From Eledone cirrhosa (Eukaryota), in assembly GCA_964016885.1 (NCBI GenBank), contig OZ024740.1, positions 207,142,001 through 207,206,000 of the forward strand: a stretch of 64,000 nt of DNA. Reading direction: 5' to 3'. Under the pieces are notes generated by a model. The model was not told the DNA's origin and ran no database searches. It saw only the letters and a program-made list of their open reading frames with translations. Shown piece after piece: positions 1 to 11,927 of the stretch; the first letter of the stretch is position 1; each line of letters opens with the position of its first letter. Both the position numbers and the translations under genes were made by a program.

Positions 1-278
1 GAAAATGGCCCGAGTAATTGGGCCTTCTCTGTTTATAAGCCTGTAGGTTGAAGAAGAGAGCAAAAGGAAGAAAGGAGCACTTGCACAACACACTCCTGGA
101 GTTGAGGGTTGTTCTATCGACGGGGTATTAAACAACCCATTTGTGGCGCCTCCCCCCATTGGGGATTTCGATTGTTGTAATTGTTTGTTTTTATATTTTT
201 TACACGACTGTATGTAAAATCCCCGGCATGTCTTTGTATTGTCCCCTTTTCTTGTGCGCCCTTGTGGCTAATAAAGAA
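1..278 (+). mobile_element. 3' end of Tx1/L1-clade LINE (ORF2 end plus 3' UTR), running off the window start
   Basis: Encodes KMARVIGPSLFISL*, homologous to the ORF2 C-terminus of the long copy (MVRVNGTALNIRL*). Ends GCCCTTGTGGCTAATAAAGA, followed by a (TATC/TGTC)n tail. Confidence 0.85.
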
Positions 279-328
279 ATATATCTATCTATCTGTCTGT
301 CTGTCTTTCTATCTATCTGTCTGACCGT

Positions 329-943
329 CTACGCATTCGTACACTGCTCGGGCGTTACCGACCTGTGGAGCTCCGCAGAACGACTACTGTCTCGGGTGGG
401 ACAAATCCGGTTGACCACCGAGTCCATTATTGCGATCAAACCGCCACCTTCATTCAAAAACGAAGGAGAAGCGGTTTTCCTCTGTGTAATGGCTATGGTG
501 AAAGAGGTTATATGGTGGACGAGACTGAAAAGGCTGAGGTCAGACACCTTTCTCTCCGGTCTCCGGCGAACAACTGGTTCGCTTCTTCAAATATCATTTT
601 AGAAGAAGAATCAGAGTGGAGAGAGAGGTGCTGCACTCCAGCACATTTTACGAAAGGTGGGTGAATGTGGCAAGGATGGCCCGAGTGGTTGGACCTTCTC
701 TTTATATAAGCCTGTAGGTCGAGGAAGAAGAGGAGGAGAGGAGTGCTCGCTCTTCGTGCTCCTGGAGATGAAGGTTGTACATTTTTTTTTTCGGGGTGTG
801 TGCAACCCATTTATAACGCTTCTCACCTATTGGGGATTTCGTTTGTTTTATTGATCATTTTTGTTAGACATTTTTACACGCCTTGTATGTAAACTCCCAA
901 TTGTATTTGTCCCCATCTTTTGCGCCCTTGTGGCAAATAAAGA
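329..943 (+). mobile_element. 5'-truncated Tx1-like LINE copy
   Basis: YAFVHCSGVTDLWSSAERLLSRVGQIRLTTESII matches HALVQCPSIADLW..LLSRVGRIQLSAESIV in the other copies. Same terminus GCCCTTGTGGCAAATAAAGA plus (TATC)n. Confidence 0.9.
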
Positions 944-1280
944 AATATATCTATCTATCTATCTGTTTATCTGTCTGTCTGTATATATATCTGTCTGTCT
1001 GGCCGTCTATCTATCTATCTATCCATCGCGCCATGGAGAGGTGATGGTAAGAGTATGTGCGAGAAAGAGAGAGGGAGAGAAAGAAAAAGAGAGAAAGAGA
1101 GAGTGGGAGAGATAGAGATAGAGAGAGAGCGGTGTGAGAGAGAGTGAGTGTGTATGCCACAGGAAGATAGAGAAAGCAAGCAGTGATTGTGGTGGTACTG
1201 GATTTGTTTCTATTAAACCTACCCTGTACGATATTATTTATCCTCTAACTATATTAACCATAAGGGTTTACATAAAGTAG

Positions 1281-2680
1281 ACATTAAGGACAGTACAGGA
1301 CAATACAGGACGGTACAAATGGGCATTTCTGCGTGTAAAAGAAAACAGAGGATGTAATAAAAAATAACAATGAAAAATTCCCCAATAGGTGGGAGACTTC
1401 CGAGGGACATTTGTGGAGAAAGCCCATTAAAAAGGCCACAGTGACCCTGACCACCAGAGCAAGTGCCCTCTCCCAGTTTTCCACCTTTAATTTACAGACA
1501 CATACTCAGAGTAGGCCCATTCACTCGGGCCATACTCGCTTCTCTCACCCATCTTTCAACAAAATGCTGGGAAGAGAGCACTTCCCTCTCTACCCTGATT
1601 TTCCTTTTCAAACGAAATTTGAAAAAGTTAATCAGGGCATCACCGAAGAGGTAAGTGCTCGTCTTCAGCCCTTTCAAACTTGTCCACCATACTATCTCTT
1701 TCGCCATGGCCACCAGACAGATAAAAACTGCCTGCCCTTCCCGGCTAAAGGAAGAGGGCGGGGCATTCCTCACGATGGACTCAGCTGATAGCTGGATCCG
1801 TCCTACACGCGACAGCAGGTGTTCGATATAAACCCACAAGTCAGCAATGCTCGGACACTGGACGAGTGCGTGCAGGACGGTTTCGACGCCCTGCGCGCAT
1901 CTCGGACATGCCCGGATGATGGTACCTCCATGCCTGTAGAGTTTATCCCGAACTGGCAAGGCTCCTCGGTAGCACTGCCAGGCCAGGGATTTCTGGAAGT
2001 TGTCCATAAGCCCCGGCCCGAAAGTTCTTCCGAAGAGATTGGCTAGTTGATTTTCGTCGACGCCTAGAGTTTCTCCAAATACGTCGTCGCTCTTCTCCTC
2101 CACTAATCCTCTATAGAACGCCATGGTGGAGTTTCCACCGATCACATTGCCCAATTGGTCGAGGGCTGTGAGCGCCTGAAGACATTCCAGTCTCCAAGCG
2201 CTCCCTCTCGGTCTTCGCTTGACCCAGGACTGCAGCTCCGTCAAGGAGACGAGCTGGGGAAAGACGCGTCTAGCAAACGGCGACCACACCTGATCACCGT
2301 CGAGGAAGAGGTGGAGATGTCGTAGCCTGAGCACGTGTCTGCGCATCATCAGCCACGGCATGCCCAGCCCTCCACGTAGCGGGTGTTGACAGCAGATGGA
2401 CCGCCTGACCATCGGAGCGCGTCCCTTCCACAAAAAGCGAAAGAGCAAACGCTCCAGCGCAGTCAGGCGGGGCTTAGGACAAGGTACGACGGTCAGGCGG
2501 TAGTAGATGATGGACGCGATGTACGCGTTAGCCACCTCCGCTCGACCTTTCAGGGATAGCTTCCTCTCCGCCCATTTCTGGGTGAGAGAAACCACCCTGC
2601 TCGTCACCTCGTCCCAGTTTTTGTCCGTCTGGAGGTCTGGACCGAACCAGACCCCTAGCAATTTAACCGGTCCGTCCGTC
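1281..2680 (-). mobile_element. 5'-truncated Tx1-like LINE copy (post-RT region and C-terminal zinc finger, open frame 1492-2680)
   Basis: VKLLGVWFG..KLSLKGRAEVAN..GGLGMP..ALPVRDKL..CPRC..ETVLHALVQC. Closely similar to the ORF at 2971-4017. Confidence 0.92.
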
Positions 2681-2970
2681 TTTATTGGCCACAAGGGCTG
2701 ACATCAAGAAAAACATTACAAGCGACACAGGACGGTACGATGTGGGTTTTGTGCGTGTAAAGATTTTTATTATTTATATAAGAAAAGAAAAAAAAAGACA
2801 TAGAAACATATATATATATATAAACAATAAAAATGAAAATTGAAACAATGAAAAATTCCCCAATAGGGGGGAAATCTCCGAGGGTTACCCGTGGCGAAAA
2901 CCACACAAAAGATCACGGCCACCCTGACCACCAGGGCAAGCGCCCTCTCTCAATTTTTCCATTTCTCAAA

Positions 2971-5900
2971 CTACAGACGTATATTCAGAGCGGTCCCGTT
3001 CACTCGGACCATTCTCGCTACATTCACCCACCTTTCAACAAACTTGCTAGAAAGCAGCACTTGCCTCTCCACCCTGATTTTCCTCTTCAAGTGAAATTTG
3101 AAAAATTTAATTAGGGATTCGCCGAAGAGGAAAGTGTCTATCTTTAACCCTTTCAACCTTGTCCACCACACAATCTCTTTCGCCATGGCCACCAGGCAGA
3201 TGAAAACCGCCTGCCCTTCCTCCTCGAAGGAAGACGGCGAGACCATCTGCACAATGGACTCAGTCGATAACCGGATCAGTCCTACACGCGACAGCAACTG
3301 TTCGACATAGCTCCACAAGTCAGCAATGCTCGGGCACTGAACGAGTGCGTACACGACGGTTTCGTCGCTCTGCGCGCATCTCGGACAGGCTCGGCTGACG
3401 GCACTTCCGTGCCTGTAGAGCTTATCTCGAACCGGCAGCGCTCCCCGGTAGCACTGCCAGGCCAGGGATTTTTGGAAGTTATCCATAGGCCCTGGGCTGA
3501 AAGTTCTCCGGAAGAGAGCAAACAGCTGATCTTCTTCGACGCCCAGGATCTCTCCGAGAACGTCGTCGCTCTTCCCCTCCACTAGTCCTCTATAGAACGC
3601 CGAGGTGTATGTTCCACCGATACTTGTGCCGCCCAGCTGGCAGAGGGCAGTGAGCGCCTGGAGGCATTCCAGTTTCCAAGCGCTATCCCTCGGTCTTTTT
3701 CTGACCCAGGACTGCATCTCCGTCAAGGAGACGAGCTGTGGGAAAACGGGCCTGGCGAACGGCGACCACACGTGTTCAACGTCAAGGAAGCACCAGAGAT
3801 GTCGCAGCCTCAGCGCATGTTTGCGCATCATCAGCCATGGCATGCCCAGTCCTCCACGCAACGGGTGTTGACAGCAGATGGATCGTCTGACCATGGGAGC
3901 GCGTCCCATCCACAAAAAGTGGAAGAGGAGGCGCTCCATTTTGGTGAGAGTTGGGCCGGGGCAAGGGACGACGGTGAGGCGGTAGCAGATGACGGATGCA
4001 ATGTACGCATTCGCCACCTCCGCCCGGCCTTTCAGAGACAGCTTCCTCTCGGCTCATTTCTGGGTGAGGGAGGCCACCTTGCTCGTCACCTCGTTCCAGT
4101 TTTTCTCCATCTGGAGGTCCGGTCCGAACCAGACCCCGAGCAATTTAACCGGTCCGTCCGTCCAACGCCCCACGACGCTGTCGGGTGGCATGGACTTGCC
4201 TCTCCAGGTGCCGAGCTTCAAGCCCACCGACTTTTCCTGGTTTATCGTTGCTCCTGTCACCGCTTCGTATTCCTTGAGAGCGGTGCCGAGCATCTGGACG
4301 TGTCTGGTGCTCGACACCACCACGGTGAATTCGTCGGCGTAAGCCGACTCGGATTTCCCGCATCCTAGTTCGCGTGGGACGCCCCTGATCGCCCCTAGTT
4401 TGTGCAGTAACGGCTCGAGAGCCAATACGTACAAGAGGGACGAGAGGGGACAACCCTGGCGGACTGAGCGCATGATGCTCAACGGCTGCGACAGGTGACC
4501 GTTCACCCTCACAACTGAGCAGATGTCGCTGTACATCGCAGCGATCCAACCCCTGAAAACGGGCCCGAAACCGGCTGCCTCGAGGATCGCCGCCAGGTAC
4601 CTATGATCGACCCTATCAAATGCTTTGGATTGATCCAAGTTGATCAGGGCCCCACCCGTGCCAGGTTCCTTAACCACCCTCTCTATGATGTATCGCATGA
4701 GGTGGAGTTGTCGTGTATGGATCTGTCCGGAATGGCGCATGTCTGCACCTCTCCCACCAGACCCTTGACGACAACCTCGTTGCTAACACCTTGGCCAAAA
4801 TCTTGAACTCTGCGTTTAGCAGGGTTATGGGCCTGAAATTATCGATAACATCCCCCTTGTTCGGGTCTTTTCTCAGCAGCGCCACCACTCCCCGGCTCAC
4901 AAAACTGGGAATGCTCCCGTTCTGCTGCCAGTTGCAGTAGACGTCTGCCAAGAGGTCACCTAACAAGTCTGGCATAAATGCATAAAGCTCGTAGGGAAGA
5001 CCATCCAAACCTGGCGATTTACCCCTCGTGCAGTTAGCCATCACTTCCCGTATTTTACCGGCTTTTCGCAACACTGTGCTGCGGTCGTCGAGAGCCGAGG
5101 CAGTCCGTCGAGGTATGCACTGAAGTCCATGCCCCGATCCGGGCCGCCGTTGCTCCCGAACAGTTCAGCAAAGTGCTGCTGAAAAGCTTCACACATCTGC
5201 TCGGGTTCGAGTAACACGCACCCGTTTTGGTCAGACAAAGACCGAATTATGGCTTTGTTGCCACGTCGCGCCTCTGCCACCCGGGCCCATTGGACGGCTT
5301 TTGTGCCCTCGTGTTTCAGAGCACGCGCTCTAGCTCTGACAACGCAGCCTTCGTGTTTTGCGTTGAAGAATTGGTCGAGTGCCAATCTCGCCGCAAGCAC
5401 GTCGGTTGCGATGCCTGTCCTAAACGCCTCTTCTAGCTTTCTGACTAGCTCTCCCTCTACTCTATTTTCCTCTATCACTAGTCCTTTGCTAAACCTAATC
5501 GACTCTATTTTAATTGCCCTTTTCAGGGCGAACCACCACCTGTTGTTGACGACCTCTCCCGTCAACGCTCGCTTAACTAATACGCTAATCCGGTCTCTGT
5601 AGGCTTTGCGCGCCGGGAAAAACGTGTTCAGCTTCCAGTAACCGGGCCCACTGTCTATGTCGATCTCACAGATCACAAATTTGTGGTCTGTGTAGTCGAC
5701 TATTTTAAATTGTGGACAACTTATACTAGCCTTATCTAGTTCTCTGCAGAATACCCTATCGAGATACGATCTGGATGACCCGATGCGGTTTGTCCATGTC
5801 CACATTGGCACATTCGGGTGATCCAGTCGATACCTGTCAGACAGTTCAAAACGTCTGAGCAGGTTGGTGAGGCTCTTGCACCCTCCTCCCCTATCCACTA

Positions 5901-6363
5901 CCCCCTCACAATCCCAGCGTGCATCCAAGATACCGTTCCAGTCGCCCACTAACACTAAAGAGCTGGACGTTCCAAGAAAGGTCTCTAGACATCTGAAGAA
6001 ATCTGGCCATCCTGCCCCTGTCGGGGCGTAGACGGCTACTAGCCTGAAATCATTGCCTTCGCTGCCGGTCACGTCCAGCACCACCGACTTACCTTCTGGG
6101 TCTAGGAAGATGGCCCGTATGGCGAGATCCAAGCCTCTCAGAAAAAGGACGACAACTCCTCCCCCCGAACCTGGACGGCTGGGAGATGCGTATACATCGT
6201 AGCCGCCGAAGATCGGTGCGAAGGCTTGTGCTTCGGAGATTCTGGTCTCACTGATGGCCACCACATCTATGTTTAGTGACCTGAGGTCGTTGAGCAGGTG
6301 ACCCTGCTTCCAAGATGACCCCAGGCCACGTGCATTTATACTGCCTATTCTGAGTACGGCCAT
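2971..6363 (-). pseudogene. Tx1-like ORF2 (APE endonuclease, reverse transcriptase, zinc finger), disrupted
   Basis: APE motifs: SINARGL, ISETR, VYAP, GDWN, SYLDR, TDH. RT motifs: KSPGLDG, FRPITLLN, DQSKAFDRV, RQGCPLS, AYADE. Zinc finger CPRC..YALVQC. Split over four ORFs. Confidence 0.92.
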
Positions 6364-6399
6364 GTTGGATGAGAAACGGGGCAAATGAGAAAGGGTCAC

Positions 6400-7795
6400 T
6401 TACCTTGATCGTGTGGTGAAGAAAGCTGCTGCTTTAGTTGTCCGTGGCCTTGGTGCGGGTGCCACGGACGTTGCCCTCCTACTCACCGTGGAAGGGGCTT
6501 CTGCGTTTGTTGCCTGCCCTGCTCCTGGTAGCAGCGGACCAGGTATTGGAAGGAGAGAAGCCTTCTTCTTCGCTGTCTTCTGCGGGCAAAAGGCCCTGAG
6601 GTGACCCTTCGACTCACAGAGATAACATTTTGGCCGTCTTCCTTCTACGCTTATAGGGAGTTGGAGTCCTTCCTCGATGTCTATGATATCGGGGATAGCG
6701 TCGATACATTCCTGGTCAGTTTGTATAAGCATTTGCATGCCTATACCTGACCAGTTCTCTCTCCCTATGTTCTCTACTTGTAGCATGGTCGTCCTGTCCT
6801 CGATTCCAGCAAGGACAGACGCGGCCAGCCAAGGTATGGGCACGTCGGGTGGGACCTGGGTCACTTTGACCCTCATAATTTTCTGCCCGCAGTAGGAGGG
6901 CACCAAGACTATCTCCTCGCTCTTTAGGGTTTCCAAAAAGTGAGACTTCGCTTCTTGGGGTGGCGAAAAGTATGTCTACTGTGGCGTACTTTCTGCCTCG
7001 GATGATGTGGGTTTTGCGTGCCCAGACGCACCTCAATGCCTTTTGGATTTGAGCCTCCGTGGCTCTCTCCACCCAATGTGAGATTTTGCTTACGGTGCGG
7101 TAAGTCACCGTCCGTAGCTGCTGGTCCTTGAAAAAATCGGGTGGAGGTTTCAGGGAAACTCTATTGGCGCTTCTTGTCACCATGGCCCTTGCGACTGCCA
7201 CCTCCTCCTCTGTGACTAACACTGTCTCGATATTTCGGGCGACACCTGCAAAAGAAGTGGTCCCTTTTTCAGCAGCACCACTATTGCTGCCGCTACTAGT
7301 CTTACTGGTGGTGCTGAGATCGCTGTGACAGGTATCGATGTCATTGTTGATGTTTTCGTTGGTACAGTTGTTGGTGTTGTTGTTGTTGTTTTCGTTGATA
7401 CTGTTGCTGTTGTTACTGTTATTGTGGCCGTTGTTATTATTGTTGTTTTTGTTGATACTGTTCCTACTATTATCGTTGTTGTGGCTGTTGTTATTGTCAT
7501 TGTTATTGTCGTTCTCGACCTTACCGCTGTTATTTTTGTTATTGTCGTTCTCGACTTTACTGCTGTTATTTTTGTTGTTGCTGTTGTTATTGATGGTGTT
7601 GTTGTTGGTGTTATTGTTGGTGTTGTTTGTGTTAGAAATATTTGGTAATTTTAAATCTGTAACAATCTTCTTTTCCTTTGTAATATTTTCGTTTATATTT
7701 ACCTTCGCTGGAACGCTGTCTTGTTGACATGCTGATAAAGTCTCCCTCTCTCTGTATTGTCTGACAGCGCTCGCTCTGTTTCTTGTGTTATCCAT
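6400..7795 (-). pseudogene. Tx1-like ORF1 (Asn-rich N-terminal region, C-terminal zinc knuckle), one frameshift near 6950
   Basis: Formed by ORFs 6716-7795 and 6400-6936. Contains VEGRRPKCYLCESKGHLRAFCP (CX2CX4HX4C) and lies immediately upstream of ORF2. Confidence 0.85.
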
Positions 7796-7964
7796 GTTGA
7801 AAGGGGTGCCGTATTATTTACTAGTGAACCCCTGTATTAGGTGGGTCACTTCTAAACTTTTATCAAATTTAAAACTTGAATAAAAGGTTTAGAACGGTTG
7901 AAAACGAGGTAAAACGTTGAAAAAAACTGGAAGCGATAAGAAGAGTGGCTTCACCAACAATAAT

Positions 7965-8191
7965 AATAATAATGGTTTCTTATTTAGGCACAAGGCCAGC
8001 AATTTGGGGGGAGGGAGGGAAAAGTCGATGAAATTTACCCCAGTGCGTGACTGGTACTTTATTTTATAGATCCCGTAAGGATGAAAGGCAAAGTTAACCT
8101 CGGCGGGATTTGAAATAAGATCATAAAGGGCCGTAACTCTATGCGGCAAAGCATGGCGTCCGACCCTCTACCGATACTGCCAATCCACCGC
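7965..8191 (-). mobile_element. tRNA-derived SINE, family 1
   Basis: Reverse strand reads GCGGTGGATTGGCAGTATCGGTAGAG (A-box-like) .. TTCAAATCC (B-box-like) .. GCCTTTCATCCTTACGGG..AAAATAAAAGTACCAG. More than 10 copies are present in the window. Confidence 0.85.
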
Positions 8192-8193
8192 TC

Positions 8194-8233
<40 letters not shown>

Positions 8234-8386
8234 TATAATTGTTTCTACTTTTGGCACAAGGCCAGCAATTACCCAGTGCATTACAGGTAATGAAATTATT
8301 GTGTACAGTGCACTGTATTTCATTTTGGTAGTTTTAGCTCATTTGTTCAATTTATTCTATTGTGTTGTATATATGTAATTCAGTAC

Positions 8387-8434
<48 letters not shown>

Positions 8435-8438
<4 letters not shown>

Positions 8439-8975
8439 AGTATGTATACGTACATACATATATGTATACAGACGTACAGTAGTATGTATATACATACATA
8501 CATACATACATACATACATGCACACACATATATATATACGTATGGGTTTACCGATCATTTATTATAATGCTCGGTTTGTTTGTAAACAAACAGCCCGAAA
8601 TTATTAGCCGTACAGTGTTCGGCAACCTTCGTTGCCCTTTTGTTCACCACTGACAAAGAAACGATGAACTAGTTTCTAGCTTATTAGCTGTCATCAGCAC
8701 CGATACCTTCCTGTCAGTCGATTGAACGTTTGAAAGTATATACTTTCCTTATGCATATAATGCAACATATTGTCAGTGGTGAACAAAAGGGCAACGATGG
8801 TTGCCGAACACTGTACGGTTAATAATTTCCGGCTGTTTGTTTACAAACAAACCGAACATTATAATAAATGTTCGGTAAACCCATACGTATATATATATGT
8901 GTGTGCATGTATGTATGTATATACATACTACTGTACGTCTGTAAACATATATGTATGTACGTATACATACTTATA
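8435..8975. repeat. Fold-back repeat: arms of about 205-220 bp (8435-8655 and 8771-8975) around a hammerhead-containing spacer
   Basis: The arms are direct reverse complements. The same family is tandemly repeated at 11928-12623. Confidence 0.9.
8662..8702 (-). ncRNA. Minimal type I hammerhead ribozyme motif (family B)
   Basis: cggtg CTGATGA c-agct-aata-agct-a GAAA ctag TT catcg. Stem I is cggtg/catcg and stem III is the palindrome CTAG. Confidence 0.75.
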
Positions 8976-9024
8976 TTTAAGTATCAGCCGTACTAAGAGT
9001 GAGAAATGAAATTTCATTTTTTCC

Positions 9025-9051
<27 letters not shown>

Positions 9052-9058
<7 letters not shown>

Positions 9059-9387
9059 AAAAATATTAATAAATGAAGACATTCACATAATCAAAATATA
9101 TGTTTTATTATATATATTTCGAAGGTACTGTGGTGTTTTTTCAGTACGTCCTCGTCAGATAAAATACATGAATTGATGTATGACATACCTCAACGGTCTT
9201 GATGGATCAATTCCAATATTAGCAGGAATTGAACCATCAAGACAGTTGAGGTATGTCATACATCAATTCATGTATTTTATCTGACGAGGACGTACTGAAA
9301 AAACAGCGCTGTACCTTCGAAATATATATAATAAAACATATATTTTGATTATGTGAATGTCTTCATTTATTAATATTTTGAATAATA
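9052..9387. repeat. Near-perfect palindrome (arms of about 163 bp, 10-nt loop) with a hammerhead motif in each arm
   Basis: Arms 9052-9214 and 9225-9387 are reverse complements with a few mismatches. Embedded between (TA)n tracts. Confidence 0.93.
9271..9338 (+). ncRNA. Type I hammerhead ribozyme motif (family A); mirror copy on the minus strand at 9101-9168
   Basis: tgtattttat CTGACGA ggacgtac-(loop)-gtaccttc GAAA tatata TA ataaaaca. Stem I is ttttat/ataaaa. Confidence 0.8.
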
Positions 9388-9479
9388 TTAATAACTCCAG
9401 AAAACTTTTTTGTAGAGTGCTTTTAATCTATTGTAAAACTATATTCATTGAGTAATCAATGAACCATATTAATCTTTGG

Positions 9480-9584
<105 letters not shown>

Positions 9585-9626
9585 ATATAATATTATATAC
9601 ATGTATATATATATATAATATTATAT

Positions 9627-10043
9627 TTTCGCCGAAAAGAAGTAAGTGACATAGCCACTACTTTAAAACTGATAGCGTATAGTCTTCTAAATGTTTTTAA
9701 TTAAACATACGGTATATTGCCAAATATACTATACATATATTCATGTATACATCGCTATTTCAGAGCACCAATCCTAATTCCTAATTTTTGCTGGACCGGC
9801 AATTGCTCTGTATAATCAGCTCCTGATTATTACTGGAATCCAGCTTCTATGATTTTCGGTGGAAGCAGGGGAGTACGTGGCTCTGATGAACGCCAACCAG
9901 CGTAAAACAGACTGACAGCTTCTCTCCCTTCTTTCGCCGAAAAGAAGCAAGTGACATAGTCACTACTTTAAAACTGCTAATGTATGCTCTTCTAAATGTT
10001 TTTAATTAAACATACGGTATATTGCCAAATATACTATACATAC

Positions 10044-10045
<2 letters not shown>
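9627..10045 (+). repeat. Direct repeat with a 305-bp period (about 1.4 units) containing a degenerate hammerhead (family C, 9879-9920)
   Basis: TTTCGCCGAAAAGAAG.. occurs at 9627 and 9932. The motif ggct CTGATGA acgc caacca gcgt aAAA cag a ctg aC agc has two core substitutions. Confidence 0.7.
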
Positions 10046-10093
<48 letters not shown>

Positions 10094-10096
<3 letters not shown>

Positions 10097-10569
10097 AATA
10101 TCTTTAAGTCGTTTGGAAGCCTCGACAATGCAAATGGGTAAATCTCCGGGTAACAAGGTCCGGTGGTGGAGAGAGAGATGTAATTGGGTGTACGTTGAGA
10201 TGCGTGGTGTGTATAAGATGTGTGAGATGTGTAGAATGAGGGAAGAGTATAAAGGTTAAAATTAAAATAACAACACAAGAGAGAGTTACCTTGGGAGAGA
10301 TTTAATAGTCCCTATATATTTCGGATTCACATCCATCAACGAAATATATAGGGACTATTAAATCTCTCCCAAGGTAACTCTCTCTTGTGTTGTTATTTTT
10401 ATTTTAACCTTTATACTCTTCCCTCATTCTACACATCTCACACATCTTATACACACCACGCATCTCAACGTACACCCAATTACATCTCTCTCTCCACCAC
10501 CGGACCTTGTTACCCGGAGATTTACCCATTTGCATTGTCGAGGATTCCAAACGACTTAAAGATATTTAC
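10094..10569. repeat. Near-perfect palindrome (230-bp arms, 16-nt loop) centred on a truncated hammerhead (family D)
   Basis: Arms 10094-10323 and 10340-10569 show about 2 mismatches. The minus strand across the loop reads TGA t ggat gtga atcc GAAA tata TA ggg. Confidence 0.9.
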
Positions 10570-10897
10570 TTATTGTTCCACAATGCTTCAAGCAAACTTC
10601 AATACTCTCTTATATATATATATATGCATAGAACTTTGTAACGCGAACTGGCGCGAAATTTATTAAACTTATTCACCAACCAACCAAATTACTTCTCTAA
10701 AAACCTAGCATTTCGAGCCATTTTTTTTCCATATAAAACAGAAGTAACATTCAAAGACCGACCAGATGTCAAAAAACCCACAAATCCTCCATCTCAATTC
10801 TTCTTTTGAAAAGCAGAAGAACTGCGAAACCGGTAAAGGAACCAAATAAATATATTTAAAAAAAAAAAGACTCCAGTTGCATTTTGATTTCATCTTT

Positions 10898-10929
<32 letters not shown>

Positions 10930-10960
10930 CTGATGAAGGACTAGCGTCCGAAACGTTAAG
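10930..10960 (+). ncRNA. Minimal hammerhead ribozyme core (family E), with the 5' stem I lost
   Basis: CTGATGA a ggac tagc gtcc GAAA cgtt aag, directly after a (TA)n tract. Confidence 0.7.
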
Positions 10961-11049
10961 GCTCTTTTCCTACTATATCAAACGTAAAACTAATAATATA
11001 TTTCTTCATGGTATTATGTAGTTTGCTTTGTTATTTCTGTTTGTTTTTT

Positions 11050-11085
<36 letters not shown>

Positions 11086-11239
11086 CGCTTAAAGTGACAT
11101 TAACTTTTAATTGTTGTCGATGTTACTAACTAAAACGTAGTACACTAGGGATCAGCTAGTTTACTTTTAATGCTAAAAAACGTGACACATTCCCTTCCAA
11201 GTACTCAAACTGCTCCATTTCCTGCTTTTTAAATAGAAC

Positions 11240-11927
<688 letters not shown>

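Larger units (their letters stand above)
2681..7950 (-). mobile_element. Near full-length, frameshifted Tx1/L1-clade LINE (ORF1 + ORF2 + 3' UTR)
   Basis: ORF1 (7795-6400) has a CCHC knuckle. ORF2 starts at about 6363 with APE, RT and zinc-finger motifs. The 3' end is CCCTTGTGGCCAATAAAGA at about 2680. The 5' boundary is approximate. Confidence 0.93.

Noticed and set aside
7325-7727. Very hydrophobic poly-Leu/Val ORFs on the plus strand
   Set aside because: These are antisense readings of the Asn-rich triplet repeat in LINE ORF1.
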